A stretch of DNA of 64,000 bases from Nemertoderma westbladi (taxonomy: Eukaryota; Animalia; Xenacoelomorpha). Below, piece by piece: positions 62,731 through 64,000 of the stretch. Position 1 is the stretch's first letter, and each line of letters begins with the position of its first letter. The notes beneath the pieces were generated by a model. That model made no database searches. It saw only the letters and a program-made list of their open reading frames with translations, and was not told where the DNA came from. The position numbers and the translations under genes were made by a program. Location of the stretch: assembly GCA_032718475.1 (NCBI GenBank), contig JAUCBJ010001720.1, forward strand, positions 69,533-133,532. Reading direction: 5' to 3'.

Positions 62731-64000
62731 GGAATCAACCATATAGTTACCACTAATAGCCTAAAAGAAACCGAAACAATCACATATTTGTAGGTTAGAA
62801 ACCCTCCCCCCTTTGCTCACCATTACTGACACTCAAGTTGATTACAATGATTGATGGCGGGAGAGTTTATAAAACCAAAGGCATGGAATAGATTCGAAAT
62901 CAGTAGTAAGATATTCGTTTCATTTAGTTGTTTTAGTCTTGTTTATTGTAGTGTATTGTTTTGGTAGGAATAGCTCAGCTCTTCTATTATAATTACAATT
63001 AAATGTTTGAAAATAATACAAATATGGGAAAAGGACTGCAAAGTGAAATAAGTAAACTCATAGTATACAATAACAATACAAACATATTAGAAAGAAAGTA
63101 GAAACAACATTTCGTAACAAAAGTTTGGATTTGCGATACGTAAACGGTACGCTAAGACTGAAGTTATAGTGGTTGTCGATGTCGCTGATCACGATACAAC
63201 TCGTTTTCATGTATTTTTCGTGCCACACATTGACAGATATCAATAAGTGACCAAATCAATAAGGCACCATATATTTCAGTCTCATATTCGTGATCAGCAT
63301 CCCAAAAAACCCCTAATATCATAAAATCAGTTTGATTTGGGTGGTGATTCGTATTATCATATTTCAACTACTTGTTTTCTATAAACGTGATCAGCATCCA
63401 AAGAAACCGCTATATACTGCAACACGAAAAATATTGGAGATGGGTGCCAGAGCGGGACCACAACAGGAAAACTAACCGCTATGTAAATGACGTTTGCGCT
63501 GTTGGATAGCCCATTTAAATTTTAGGAAAAATCAAGAAATCTCGATTTTTCCAACAAACCTAAACCTGGCATAAAGATACACATTAAATACAACAAATAC
63601 TAAAATTACCCCCCCCCCCCCCCGACAAAATAGGGTTAAGTTTAAATAAAGCAACAAGCCTAACGCTTCGTGTTGTTGACAGGAGATAATAAAATATCTC
63701 AGGAATTAATAAACACGCCACACGCCCGGTATACATTTAGGCCTATAAATCGGTCGGTTAAACTTACTTTAGTCAGATTAATGTATTAGCAAAATCAAAC
63801 GCCAGGTTTTATAGGTGATTAATAAACTTAAAACACATCTTGCAAGACTATATTACATGGGTAATAATATATGTCATCAGACACTATCTTTAGGTGTAAA
63901 AAATAAGCAAAATGATTGGTACTTTTTATAGTTAATTCTATGGAAAATAATTTACTATTTATAAAAAAAATGCGACTCAAAAAGTTAATAAAAAAATAAA

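Overview
AT-rich eukaryotic (invertebrate-animal-like) genomic DNA with GT-AG spliceosomal introns; not prokaryotic, and no CRISPR array. On the + strand are the last two exons of phosphatidylinositol synthase (CDIPT) and a five-exon IFT43 gene with an unusually long, repeat-containing N-terminus (about 777 aa). Most of the window (9156 to at least 62538, - strand) is one giant multi-Tudor gene: 10 exons in the window, at least 11 extended Tudor domains, about 3,020 aa, and an apparent 1-nt frameshift near 16470. Its introns hold an 8.8-kb 49-bp satellite, a 13.4-kb 21-bp satellite, three box C/D snoRNA-like genes, three intronless nested genes (GPATCH11-like G-patch/repeat protein, RPS26, a divergent actin with altered nucleotide-site residues), and hAT, Zator, MULE-like, LINE and SINE remnants. 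The many ORFs called in 31-44.5 kb and most antisense ORFs are repeat or shadow artefacts. All homology calls are by motif recognition, not database search.
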